DNA of 64,000 nt from positions 1,728,001 through 1,792,000 of the forward strand of contig CBDAON010000004.1 in assembly GCA_965198065.1 (NCBI GenBank), written 5' to 3'. This document shows positions 11,861 to 22,724 of this stretch, one piece after another. Below the pieces are notes generated by a model. The model was given only the letters and a program-made list of their open reading frames with translations. It ran no database searches and was not told the origin of the DNA. Position 1 is the first letter of the stretch; each line of letters starts with the position of its first letter. The stretch is from Longimicrobiales bacterium (GTDB lineage: Bacteria > Gemmatimonadota > Gemmatimonadetes > Longimicrobiales > Gaopeijiaceae). The translations under genes were made by a program, and so were the position numbers.

Positions 11861-12522
11861 AAGCCGCTGACGTACCTAAACAGGAGCATCACTGTCACCG
11901 TAGATACCTACGCGGGCGTGACGACCGACCCCGACGAGCCCGCTGCGGCGATAGAGGGTGTCACAGTGGCCGTTCGTGACCAGGCAGAAGAGGGCTACGA
12001 AATGTCACCGGCGAGATGACCGCTCCCATCACCGTGGGCGACCCGACCGACGACGATTTCAACGGTGACGGTAACGAAGCTGGCTTCGAGGTTGCGTTCT
12101 CGGAAATTGATCCCGTCTGCCGCAATGCGAGGTTATCCCAGTGTGATGAGGATAACCGACAGACTGAAACGGAGCTTGAGTTCGTGGCGACTTCCGACGC
12201 CGATGCAAGCGGTACATTCTCCGAGGCCGTTCGAGAGGGTGGACTTCTGGATGCAGGACGTCAACGGCGCCTCGTAGCTGATCGGGTAGGATTCATCCGG
12301 CGAGCGCGGCGCGACCGACGACGCAGATCGCCTCCGGACGTGGACGTACACACTGAATGCATCCGTGGAGGCCCTGTATATGCACACCAGGGATGCAGAT
12401 CCACTGTTCGATGATGATGACGGTGAGTGTAGACGGTACGCGCATTCGGCGTGAACAAGGACGGCGTAGCCGTGGTGGCGTCGCAGATGGTGCTTATTGA
12501 CAATAAACCTAGACCACCGTGA
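11861..12522 (+). pseudogene. C-terminal fragment of a paralogous surface lipoprotein
   Basis: FERVDFWMQD...RAFGVNKDGVAVVAS parallels ISRVDFYAAV...VAFAVKDNKGVALAS of 7527-10343; frameshifts and stop. Confidence 0.65.
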
Positions 12523-12548
12523 GCTTTCAGATTGCAGTGAACTAGAAT

Positions 12549-12575
12549 GGTCCGGCCGAAAGGCCGGGCCCTTTT
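12549..12575 (+). terminator. Rho-independent terminator
   Basis: GGTCCGGCC-GAAA-GGCCGGGCC-CTTTT. Confidence 0.75.
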
Positions 12576-12739
12576 GCTTTGTGTGCCAGGCGGTGCCCTG
12601 TCTCTGGAGCGGGAGTCTGTAGCGGGCGGAGGTGGCACCGAACCGGGCTAGCCGGGGACGAAAGCAAGCATCTTCGGTGTCGGAAAGAGAATCACGAGGT
12701 TTTACTACAGATTGTCGCCCAGGTCTCGGCACCCGCTCG

Positions 12740-12915
12740 GTGGGAACTGAAGGCTCGAGGACCCGGTGTCCCCGGGCTGCTGATGGCCGGCGGCAAGGCG
12801 GCGATCTGGTGAGCGGCGAGGGCGGTGTGGCCTGAGTCGGCCGAGCAGTGGTACTGGAATCACAAGATGCGGAACGTGCTGGACTGGCTGCCGAAGCGGG
12901 AGCAGCCCGAGGCCG
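12740..12915 (+). pseudogene. IS256-family transposase relic
   Basis: WNHKMRNVLDWLPKREQPEA resembles the IS256 QRCxxHKxxNV region. Confidence 0.55.
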
Positions 12916-13107
12916 ACCCATGCGGCCGAAATGGGATTTGTGGTTACCCGTTCACTGTAGGTTGGCGATTCCCGCGGGAAAGGCCCGAAAGCTCCGGTGC
13001 GTCTCCAGGGTTCGGCACATACATTGGCCCCGAGGTCTTAGAAAGACACCACCACTTAGGGCTTTCCGATCGTTTCGTAGCTGTCGGCAAGTGCCAAGGA
13101 AAGACAC

Positions 13108-14406
13108 ATGAGTCTGCCGGACACACCCAGCGCACCACCGAATGACCAGGTACCGAAGCGTAAGAAAAGCCGTCTGACCCTGTATATCGGCATTGCCATC
13201 GTGGCCGCTGTCGGGCTCGCGGTTACGGCTCCGCAGGTCGCCGTCCACTTTGAACTGGGCGGCGAGATCTTCCTGCGCCTGCTTCTGATGATGGTCGTTC
13301 CGTTGGTCGTCGCGAGCGTGATGAGCGGCATCATCGGTCTCGGGGACATCCGCAAACTGGGGCGGCCGGGCGGGTTTGCGATCGCCTACTACCTGACCAC
13401 GACGGTGATGGCGGTCATCGTGGGTCTGATCATGGTCAACGTTATCCAACCGGGCATCGGCGCGATCGATGCGGATACGCTGGAGACCATGGCGGCGCAA
13501 GGCCAGGAGATCACGGCAGGTCGCGAGGACGAGGGCTTGGGCTCGATCCTGGGCAACCTGGCGCTGATGCTGTTTACCGACAATCTGTTTCTCGCAGCCG
13601 CCGAGAGTAGCCTGCTGCCGCTCATTTTCTTCTCCATCATCTTTGCCGGCATGCTGACGACAATGGGCAGCAAGGTGCATGCGCTCACGGGGATGATTCT
13701 CCAGATCAACAACGCAATGCTGTCCTTCGTCCTGCTGCTGATGAAGGTCGCGCCACTAGGGATTTTCTGTCTCGTCACGGCGCGATTCGGACAAGCCCAA
13801 CTGGAGGGCGTTCTCCTCGATGTCGTGGGCCAGACCGGGGCCTACTTTGTGACTGTCCTGGCTGGCCTGGGGACCCATGTGCTCCTAACCCTCCCACTTA
13901 TCTACTGGATGTTCACCCGCAGGAATCCCTTCCGGTTCATGTACCGGATGTCCGAGGCGCTACTCACGGCGTTCTCGACGGCCAGCTCGAGCGCAACACT
14001 TCCGATCACGATGAAGTGCGCGGTCAAGAACGCAGATGTGTCCAAGCAGTCGGCGGATTTCGTGTTGCCACTCGGCGCTACGATCAACATGGACGGGACC
14101 GCCCTGTACGAGGCGGCCGCGGCGATCTTCATCGCGCAGGCTCTCGGTTTCGAGCTGTCGCTCGCAGACCAGCTGGTGGTAGCGGTGACGGCGACAATGG
14201 CGGCGATCGGCGCGGCAGGGATCCCGGAAGCCGGCCTGGTCACCATGGTGATCGTCCTCAATGCGGTCGGTTTGCCCGTGGAATACATCGGCTTGATTCT
14301 GTCTGTCGACTGGCTCCTGGACCGCTTCAGGACCGCGGTGAACGTCTGTGGCGATTCTATCGGCGCCGCCGTGGTCGAGAAGAGTTTCACTGCCAGCGCT
14401 ACGTAG
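13108..14406 (+). CDS. Dicarboxylate/amino acid:cation symporter (DAACS, GltP-like)
   Basis: FSTASSSATLP, GATINMDGT and DRFRT motifs; multiple TM helices. Confidence 0.95.
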   Translation: MSLPDTPSAPPNDQVPKRKKSRLTLYIGIAIVAAVGLAVTAPQVAVHFELGGEIFLRLLLMMVVPLVVASVMSGIIGLGDIRKLGRPGGFAIAYYLTTTVMAVIVGLIMVNVIQPGIGAIDADTLETMAAQGQEITAGREDEGLGSILGNLALMLFTDNLFLAAAESSLLPLIFFSIIFAGMLTTMGSKVHALTGMILQINNAMLSFVLLLMKVAPLGIFCLVTARFGQAQLEGVLLDVVGQTGAYFVTVLAGLGTHVLLTLPLIYWMFTRRNPFRFMYRMSEALLTAFSTASSSATLPITMKCAVKNADVSKQSADFVLPLGATINMDGTALYEAAAAIFIAQALGFELSLADQLVVAVTATMAAIGAAGIPEAGLVTMVIVLNAVGLPVEYIGLILSVDWLLDRFRTAVNVCGDSIGAAVVEKSFTASAT

Positions 14407-14686
14407 ACCGGTGCTTCGAGACCGCTGGCGCGTGCCTGGGCTACACCTAGGGAATTAGACGGACGAGCCGCTGGCGCGACACCCGAAAACTGACCCGATT
14501 CTCGGCGTTTGCGGGAAGCTTCCAGGTGCCGAGGATCCCGAATCCAGCGGCGAATCCGATCCCGGTGCCAATCAGGATCCGCTTCCAGCTCACGGCCCTC
14601 CGCATCGTTCCGCGGTACCGTCACGGCCGAGATCGTACATGAGTTCGAGGCGGGTTTGGACCGAGGCGTTCCCCAGCTTGCCCCGT

Positions 14687-15200
14687 TCACGGAGTTCCTG
14701 CCGGACTTGCCCGAGCGCGGGCGAGGCGGTGAAGGCTAACGCGGCCGCCAGTATCAGAAAGCGCATACGCGGAATGCTTGGCCCGGTTCACGATCACATG
14801 CACATGCGGGTGTCCGTCCCGGTGCGCCACGATCAGCGCCTGGTGCTTCTCCAACCCCAACGCCTTCAGGCTCTCCGCCGCCGCCCGGCTCATCTCCTGC
14901 CGATTCTGCACCTCATCCTTGGCCCAGCTCAGCGAGTAGTGGCACACCGGCTTCTCCAGCTTCCGACCACGTGCCGACCTCCCAGCCAGGCGTTTGAGCT
15001 CCGGAGCCGCGTCCGCGGTGGCCGCCATGATCGCCGCCGCCCGCTCTCCACGGCTCGGCGGCAGGTTGCGGGTCTCGGTGTCGGGCCACCCGTTCCGAAC
15101 TCTCGGGTCGGGCCTCCCCCGGCTCCCGCCGATCGTGCAGGCAGTACGCGGCGACTCCTACAAACGAGCGGCCGAGTCCCGCCATCTTGACGACCATCAA
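14687..15200 (-). pseudogene. Relaxase (MOBP/VirD2-like), frameshifted and truncated
   Basis: GRSFVGVAAYCLHD (motif I), PVCHYSLSW (II), AHRDGHPHVHVIVNR (III). Confidence 0.85.
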
Positions 15201-15520
15201 TCCGCCTCCCCGGCCAGGAGCGCCGCCACGAGCTCACCGACCCGCTCCACCGCCGCCAGCGTCTCTGCCGGCGCCGGTACCGACCCCGAGTTAAGCACCC
15301 GCGCCATCTGATTAAGATTCACCCCGATATGGTTGAGCTCCCGGAGCTCGGCCACCCCTAGTCGGCGCTCGGCCTGGGTCCGTACCAGCTGCCCCAGCGC
15401 CGCATGTAGGCACCCATGCTCAGCCGCGCCGCCTCGGCTCGCTTCGTGAGTTCGGCCGCCTCGGCTTCCGTGACGCGCACGCCGATCGTGCGCGTCCGCC
15501 GCTCATCGGTGCCTAGCCGT
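15197..15520 (-). pseudogene. mobC: MobC relaxosome accessory protein, frameshifted
   Basis: RTRTIGVRVTEAE...LSMGAYMRR and ELNHIGVNLNQMAR; stop overlaps the relaxase start. Confidence 0.8.
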
Positions 15521-15892
15521 GGGGGCGGGAGAAGCCTACCGAAGCGGCATGGAACGGGCCCGAGGTGGCGGCGAGGACGGGCGGGTGGGGCGGCCATGTC
15601 CGCTACGATCTCCCTATCGATTACCGGGAACTCCGGAGCTTCGCGGATCAGGAGCTGCTGCAGCAGGTGCGGGAGGTCTACGGAGAGCAGGCTTACGCGG
15701 AACGTAAGCGGGCCTGGGAGAGGGCAAGCCAGCCGCGGATGCCCCTTCGACGCAGCCGATCCCGCCCCGGCCGTCGCACGAACGGCCGGAGCGGGACTCT
15801 GGCCCCAGCCGCTGAGCGGCTTGGGATTCGGTAGCACCGTCTGCGACTCTTGGCGCGGAGTGTGGGCCAGGTCCGGACCCCCCACCCGGCCC

Positions 15893-16611
15893 CTACGCGC
15901 CGTAGCGGAGCCTGGCCACCGCGCCCCGTGCGGCGAGCTGGCCTCGGGCATAGCGGCCGGGCATCGAGGGGGATTGCCATCGGCCGGCGGTCTGCATCTC
16001 GACGACCGAGGCCCCGGCCGTGGCGAGAGACTGCGCCCCTCCGACCCGGAGCGAGTGGCCGGACACACGGCCCTCGATCCCGGCATCGGTAGCACGTCGT
16101 TGGATGATGGCCCGAACGGACACGGTGCTCAAACGACCGCGTGGCCTGCCGGCCTTGTCGAGGCGCTGGAACATCGGCCCGCCGGCGATCTCGGCGGCGT
16201 CCAGCCACGCCCGGACCCGTGCCACCGTCGGACTGCCGATGTACTGGACCGCGCCCTCGCCTTCCTGATCGGTCTTCGAGCGGTGGACCGTCAGGGTGTT
16301 CGGGCCCTCGGCCTCGAGATCGGCTGCCTCGAGCGCGGCGGCTTCGGATACCCGGAGGAGGCCGTCCGACATGACGACGAGAAGGGCGGCGTCCCGGAGC
16401 CCCCGGACGGATCCTCCACTGCTTCCGGCCACCGCGGCCGCGGCGTCCGCCTGCTCCCACCGGACGCCCACCACCTGCCCCAGGCCCGTCCTTCGCGCCG
16501 GAACCCGGCCAGCACCCGCGCGGTGGCCGGCCCGACTGGGGACGACTGGCCTCCGAGCTTCGCGTAAAACCGGACGGCGGCGACGACCTGGCCGGCCACG
16601 GCCGGGGCCAT
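15893..16611 (-). pseudogene. Cre-like tyrosine recombinase, frameshifted N-terminus
   Basis: GLRDAALL...LRVSE, HSLRVG, GRW, GRY motifs. Confidence 0.85.
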
Positions 16612-16719
16612 GTGAGACCATCCTGCTGGGGGAACGGGACGTTGAGGGGACGTTCAAACTCGGCCGCTGAGGCCGCTGCGTCAACGAAAACGTGTTTTTC
16701 GGGGGGTGTGCCGGGTCGC

Positions 16720-17212
16720 GTTGTACGGGACTTGAGGTTCCTGCTCGCGATCCTCAACTGGGCCGCGAAGTCGAGGGACGAGCAGGGTCAGCTTCTCCTC
16801 GAGTCGAACCCGCTCAGAGGCCTGAAGACGCCCACGGAGAAGAACCCGACCCGGGTGCTGCTCACCGAGCTGGAATACGAGGCCCTGTTGGAAGTGTCGC
16901 TGGAGATGGACTGGCGCTTTCGTGTGGCTTTGGTCATCGCGCACGAGATGGGACACCGCATCGGTGCCATCGGCAGCTTCGATGGTCGGACATTGACCTT
17001 GAAGGTTGCATCATCCGGTGGCGTGGGGAACATGAGAAGACCAGGTACGAACACCGGACCCCGGTGAGTGCCGAAGCGCTCGCTGCCCTGGAAGAGGCAC
17101 GGAGGAAAAACCCCGGGAATCGGGGACGCGCCCCTGCTGCCCGCGCCGAAGGACCCATCGAAGTGTGTGAGCCGTTCGCTGGCGCGCGACTGGTGGGAGA
17201 AGGCCCAAGAGC
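16720..17212 (+). pseudogene. Second copy of the integrase at 3-1106, fragment
   Basis: RDLRFLLAILNWAAKSRDE...TPTEKNP near-identical protein; frameshift; cut by IS3. Confidence 0.85.
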
Positions 17213-17216
17213 TCGG

Positions 17217-17720
17217 AGCTGCTGACCGTACTCGACGAGTCCACGAGGCAGTGTATGGCGATCAAGGTGGCTCGGAAGATCCGAGCCCATGACGTGCTCG
17301 AGGTGCTGGCCGATCTCTTCGCACGGCACGGGCCGCCCGAGCATCTACGGTTCGGACAACGGTCCGGAGTTCACGGCCAAGCTCGTGCGGCAGTGGCTAG
17401 CCAGGCTCGGCGTCCAGACGCTCTACATCGAGCCCGGCAGTCCCTGGGAGAACGGCTACAACGAGAGCTTCAACGGCAAGCTGAGGGACGAGTTCCTGAA
17501 CGGGGAGATCTTCTACACAACTCCCCGAGGCCGTCATCCTCGTCGAGCAGTGGAGGCGGCTCTACAATACTGTCCGACCCCACAGCGCCTCGGGTGGGCG
17601 ACCCCCCGCCCCGGAGGCGATCAAGCCATCGCCTTGGTTCCTTCGGATGCCTCAGCTCCACGGACCCACGATGGCCCCAGGTCTAACATAGGAAGTGGTA
17701 CCGCCACTGGGGGCACGTCA
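17217..17720 (+). mobile_element. IS3 fragment (orfB 3' part plus right IR)
   Basis: Near-identical to the 10605-11860 copy. Confidence 0.9.
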
Positions 17721-17860
17721 GTGCAACTTCCGCCTCCCGAAGTGCCGTGATGATCTGCTCCGGGGTATGCCTCCTCCTGCCCATGCTGACCTCCCTGTAG
17801 CTGGGACCAGGTGCCCGGATCCTAACATCCGCCCTGGTCTCGTTTCAGGGCGTCACGTCA
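17721..17860 (-). mobile_element. IS3 left-end fragment
   Basis: Matches 11721-11860. Confidence 0.85.
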
Positions 17861-17951
17861 CCACCCGCTCCGGGCGAAGCCGAACCGGGCCTCTCCCGCG
17901 ATCTTCCAGGTAGACCGGGAAGAGCCCTGCGGCGCTCCTCGCCCTCGGGGC

Positions 17952-18446
17952 TCACCTGTCGTGCCAGAAAGCCCCTGCGTCCACCCACGCCGGGTGGATG
18001 TGGCCCACTCCGCTCAAGAGGATCGTTCGGGCGTTGTCGTACGAGATGGTGCGACTCGCGTCCTCGCTCGGGAACCAACGACACTCGGTAATCCCCTCCG
18101 ATCGCTGCGGAAACGGGTCACCGCCGAGGGAGGCCATGAGGTAGAACCGAGAGATCTTGTGAATCCGCTGGCCTGCTTTCAAGAAGGACCAGTCGATCTC
18201 GCCGAGGTCCGGGCCCAGAGATAGGTCCTGGAGCCCCGTCTCCTCTCTGACCTCCCGCAAGGCTGCCTGCGCGGATCCTTCGCCTTCCTCGATGTGCCCC
18301 TTAGGCAACACCCACTTCTTGCAGGAGTCTCGAATGAGCAGCATGTGGGGTCGCCGCTCCGTCATGCGCACCACAACCCCTCCCGCGCTTCGCTCCACGA
18401 CCGGGCTCGCGCGTAGACGGTCTCGATCTTCTACTGGTTGCGTCAT
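17952..18446 (-). CDS. NUDIX hydrolase (Ap4A hydrolase-like)
   Basis: Nudix box PKGHIEEGEGSAQAALREVREETGL. Confidence 0.92.
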   Translation of the reverse strand: MTQPVEDRDRLRASPVVERSAGGVVVRMTERRPHMLLIRDSCKKWVLPKGHIEEGEGSAQAALREVREETGLQDLSLGPDLGEIDWSFLKAGQRIHKISRFYLMASLGGDPFPQRSEGITECRWFPSEDASRTISYDNARTILLSGVGHIHPAWVDAGAFWHDR

Positions 18447-18788
18447 GTCTTTTTGCCCCCGTCGGTGTCTCGCCGGAGCGACCGGCCAGTGTCTTGCCCG
18501 CCGGAGCGACCGGCAGGAGGATTCGCGCCCCCATTCGGGGGGCCGGGAGTGTGTGGTTTTTGAGGAAGGAAGGAGCCGAGGAGGGGAGGGAGAACTCCAG
18601 CGGCCGAGCCCCGCTTAGGTAGGCTGTAAGCCTTATAGGCTTCTAGGGGCAAAAACGTGACGGCAAGGTTTGCGGCGGCGGTTATTTCTCCTCCGGTGAG
18701 CAGAACTCCGTCACGCCGCCAACCTTCCAGCCCGCTCCCGAAACTACCTTGCTGGTGCTCAGCTCTAGGGCGGCGTCTACGCTCTTAG

Positions 18789-19471
18789 TCAGCTCGAACC
18801 TCCGTTCGTCACCTTGGTCTCTTCCGGTGAATTTTTCCCTTCGCGCATCTTCCCCGCTGGAATCACCGAGATCTTGCTGACCCTCCCGCCGGGTCGTCTG
18901 CCCCCCGCGAGCCGTTCGATTTCGCTGACAACCCGATCCAACTCGTCGACAAGCGGCGTCCGACCTGATCGGATGAGGGTACCCACCACCGACCGGTAGT
19001 ACCATAGCGTCCCTTCCGGCCCTCAAATCGTTGCCAAATCTCCTCATCCAGGTTGTGGTAGTCGCTGAGGATGCTGCGCACGTTGTGGAGTTTGTCGGCG
19101 GCGCAGACGAGCCGGACCGACGCCGACGCTTCGTTGAGCCGTTCGATGTAGACCCGCTTTCTGTTTTCCCACGGAGGTCTCGGAATGGTTTCGGAGTCCG
19201 TACAGCCTTCGACAATCCCGGTCACGCGCTCACCGAAACGACACAGAATCTTTTCCCGCGTCTGCGCGCCGCCCTGGTCCTCGATGGCATCGTGCAGTAG
19301 TGCCGCGATGGCTTCGTCCTCGTCTCCTCCGTGTTCGATTACGAGCGCCGCGACGGCGAGCAGATGTGAAACATAAGGAATGCTAGAGCCCTTCCTCCGC
19401 TGCTCTCGGTGGAGTTGCGCAGCGAACACGAGGGCGTGTTCAAAACGGCTGGTCATTGGAACAGGCATCAC
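18789..19471 (-). CDS. HD-domain small alarmone hydrolase (Mesh1-like), frameshift near 19010
   Basis: RKGSSIPYVSH, ALLHDAIED, ADKLHN; C-terminus continues in another frame. Confidence 0.85.
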
Positions 19472-19500
19472 GTTACCCGCACCCGCGCACGGGCGGCCTT

Positions 19501-20340
19501 TGACCTGCCCCCAAAAGCGGTACCACCTAGAGTGTTAGTCCAAGCACCTCCTTTTGGCTGGGGGGTGGTCCAAGAAGCAGAGGTAGGTTGAGCAGCTTTG
19601 GGTCTGTCCGGATCGCTTCGGGGGCCGGGGGTCGATAACCCAGAGAGCTGTGCGGTCGATGCGTGTTGTATTCGCGCCGCCACTGCTCGATCAGCACCTT
19701 TGCCTCCTCCAGCGAATAGAAAATTTCGCGCTTTAGCAGATCGTTTCGGAGCGTGCCGTTAAAGCTCTCATTGTAGCCGTTCTCCCACGGGCTGCCCGGC
19801 TCGATAAAGAGCGTCTCGACGCCCACGCGCCCCAACCACCGCCGCACGGGCTTCGCGGTGAACTCCGGTCCGTTGTCCGACCTCAGATACTCGGGAGGGC
19901 CCGTGTCGGACGAACAGATCGTCCAGCACCTCGAGCACGTCGTGCGAGCGGATCTTGCGAGCCACCACGATCGCCAGGCACTCCCTCGTGTGCTCGTCCA
20001 GCACTGTCAGCAGCTTCAGCGCACGCCCGTCGTGCGTCCTCGAGGCCACGAAGTCGTACGACCAGACGTGGCCCCGATACAGCGGCCTCAGCCGGATGCA
20101 CGATCCGTCGTTGAGCCACAGCCGACCTCGCTTCGGCTGCCGCTCCGGGACCTTCAGCCCCTCCTGCCTCCAGATCCGCTCCACCCGCTTGTGCTTCACC
20201 CCCCAGCCCTCGATGCGGAGCGTGTCCGTGACGCGTCGCTAGCCGTAGCGGCCGAATCGACTCGCGAGTCGCACGATATCACCTCGGAGCGCCCCCTCGT
20301 CACTCGCCACTTTCCTCGCCCGGCGCTGGGTCGTGCGTGG
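19501..20340 (-). mobile_element. IS3 fragment, chimera of two variants
   Basis: TGACCTGCCCC IR; 3' part matches the 48090 copy, 5' part matches the 1365/28517 copies. Confidence 0.9.
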
Positions 20341-20679
20341 CTTATTTATTATAAGTCATTGTTGTTATGATATATATGACGTGACATCAGACTACCATCC
20401 CCTCATTACACCCCTCTTTAAAAACGGGAATCCAGTAGACTGTAGCGGAGGTTCGCGGACGAGCTGTCGGCGAACCAAAACCAACCAAACCAACCTCACT
20501 GAGCGCCATGTCACCCCGATCGGCGTAGGCCGTCGGACGAGTCCGCATTCCGCCGATGGCGACGCAAATCAGGGAGCTGCCGGGGAGATGGCGGAGGAGC
20601 GAAGCTTGCCGGAGGGCGGGTTGTCGATGGCCCCTGTCCTCTCTCTCATCGCGAACTGTCAGATGGTTATCGTCTCAGA

Positions 20680-20907
20680 TCACTCGGCACTGCTGCGGCT
20701 CGCGGCGATCTGTTCTCGGATCCACGCATCCACTTCGGACTCGATCCAGCCGACGGCGCGCGCGCCTAGCCGGATCGGTTGGGGAAAGCTCCCGTCGGCC
20801 ACCCGCACGTAGATCGTGCTCCGCGCCAGCCCCGTGCGGGCCTGCACTCGAGGTAACCGCAGGACGCGCGCGGGCGCGTCCATACTCTGTTCCACTGCTC
20901 TGGTCAT
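20680..20907 (-). CDS. AlpA-family regulator/excisionase
   Basis: LRLPRVQARTGLARSTIY...FPQPIRLGARAVGWIESEVDAW. Confidence 0.92.
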   Translation of the reverse strand: MTRAVEQSMDAPARVLRLPRVQARTGLARSTIYVRVADGSFPQPIRLGARAVGWIESEVDAWIREQIAASRSSAE

Positions 20908-21173
20908 CGGTCTGCCTCCGTTCTGTTCGGTGAAGAATTCCGGGGCGCGTTGCCCCGGGAGGGAACAGGGGCCACATGGGCCCGGCGGCAGGCTTCGATG
21001 AACACGGGGACCTGACAGGCCATCGCCAGCCTGCGCGGAGCGGCCAAGAAGGAGCCGACGCACCGGGTTGGGATCGCCCATCGCCCGTAGACCGCAACCA
21101 TCGACGGCTTCAGTCCGATGCGCTTGAGACACCCTGCCACCCGGGACTCGAACTGCTTCGTCAGCGTCTCCAT
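20904..21173 (-). pseudogene. Small island protein upstream of AlpA (possible DNA-binding), probably frameshifted
   Basis: ORF overlaps the AlpA start; weak similarity only. Confidence 0.35.
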
Positions 21174-21546
21174 GGCAGCTCGGGTCGAGACCGGGCATAT
21201 GGGACCCGCTCATGCACTGCCACGCTGGCCGAGCACGGCCGAATGCCGCTTCGGAGGGTGCTCCTACTAAGTGAGTCGCAGGCCAGCCGACGGATCGCGG
21301 CGAAGGACTGCACCGTGCGGTGCATTGACATCGATGCCGGCAGGGCGGCCAGTGCGGGCGGCCGCGACTAGAAGCTGACACCACAGGGGAGCCATGAGAT
21401 GTGTCGACCGCAGGATCGAACCGGGCCTGCGGCCGGCCGCGCGACAAAGCTGCGCTGGCCCACCGCATGCGGGACGGCCATCGCCCGGAGTACGACGCTC
21501 GCAAGGACACCCGGCGCGCCGGGGACTCTACTCGAACTGTCCGCGC

Positions 21547-21910
21547 CTACCAGGTCGCTGTGACGCGGCCCATTAGGCTGTGGTCCGGCTTTTCCTGAAG
21601 CAGGCTCTCGCGGCGCTGGGCGTCGAGGCCAAACTCGAAGTTCATGGTGCCGCGCTGCAACAGGGTCAGCTTGTAGCCCAGCCGGTAGTCGCGCCCGTAC
21701 TCGGAAGTCGTGACGCCGAACCTCGGGGTCCCCACCAGCCGACTCCCGACCGGCAGCGCATAGCCGAGCTCGGCGTCGATGCGGTCGCCCGATCCCGGGC
21801 CTGCCGCCCCGAGCCCCTCCATCGTATCGCGGCCCCAGAGCGCGTCGGCACCGCTCATCGCCTGACCACCCCACGACGGTGCCACCCGCGCCGTGAAGCC
21901 CGACGGCGCT
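21547..21910 (-). pseudogene. C-terminal beta-barrel fragment of an autotransporter-like protein
   Basis: Amphipathic strands (DAELGY, GRDYRLGY), terminal W; 5' part replaced by the CRISPR array. Confidence 0.65.
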
Positions 21911-21916
21911 CGATGA

Positions 21917-22724
21917 GTTTCCCCCGCACACGCGGGGATGGACCAGCGTTTCCTATCTCCTACGATTATTCCAGTATGTTTCCCCCGCACACGCGGGGAT
22001 GGACCAGCGTTTCCTATCTCCTACGATTATTCCAGTATGTTTCCCCCGCACACGCGGGGATGGACCGAAGATGAGTAGTCCAAGAAAAAGAAGTATTACG
22101 TTTCCCCCGCACACGCGGGGATGGACCCTCGGACCTGCACTTCTGGGGTGTCCATGACGAGTTTCCCCCGCACACGCGGGGATGGACCCTCGGACCTGCA
22201 CTTCTGGGGTGTCCATGACGAGTTTCCCCCGCACACGCGGGGATGGACCGTTCAAGGACGTGCAGATGACGATGAGCGCCCGGTTTCCCCCGCACACGCG
22301 GGGATGGACCGTTGCCGGCCGAGGTGAGGAACTCCGTGCGCGCGTTTCCCCCGCACACGCGGGGATGGACCAGCCGCCGCTTAGGCCCGCCGAGCTCTGG
22401 AGCGGTTTCCCCCGCACACGCGGGGATGGACCGGTACGGCCTGCATTACTTCGACCCGCTCCAGCGTTTCCCCCGCACACGCGGGGATGGACCCATGACG
22501 CGGGCGGAGCTGGACGCCGCCGTGATGTTTCCCCCGCACACGCGTGTGCGGGGGAAACGTGTCAGCCTCGAAAGCCACGGTCACGTCATCGGGTCCATCC
22601 CCGCGTGTGCGGGGGAAACCATGGCCCTGGAAGTCATCAAGCGGGTGATCCTGGTCCATCCCCGCGTGTGCGGGGGAAACAGCACCTGGGGCTGACGGGC
22701 GAGCTCCCAATACGGTCCATCCCC
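21917..22724. CRISPR. Type I-E-like CRISPR array, 14 repeat units and 13 spacers, orientation switch at 22527-22558
   Basis: 28-bp repeat GTTTCCCCCGCACACGCGGGGATGGACC, 33-bp spacers, 61-bp period; 10 forward repeats, 1 palindromic, 2 inverted, 1 partial; no cas genes in window. Confidence 0.98.

Noticed and set aside
21945..22713. Self-targeting spacers
   Set aside because: No convincing match in the window by eye; only a short CCGCTTAGG overlap near 18610
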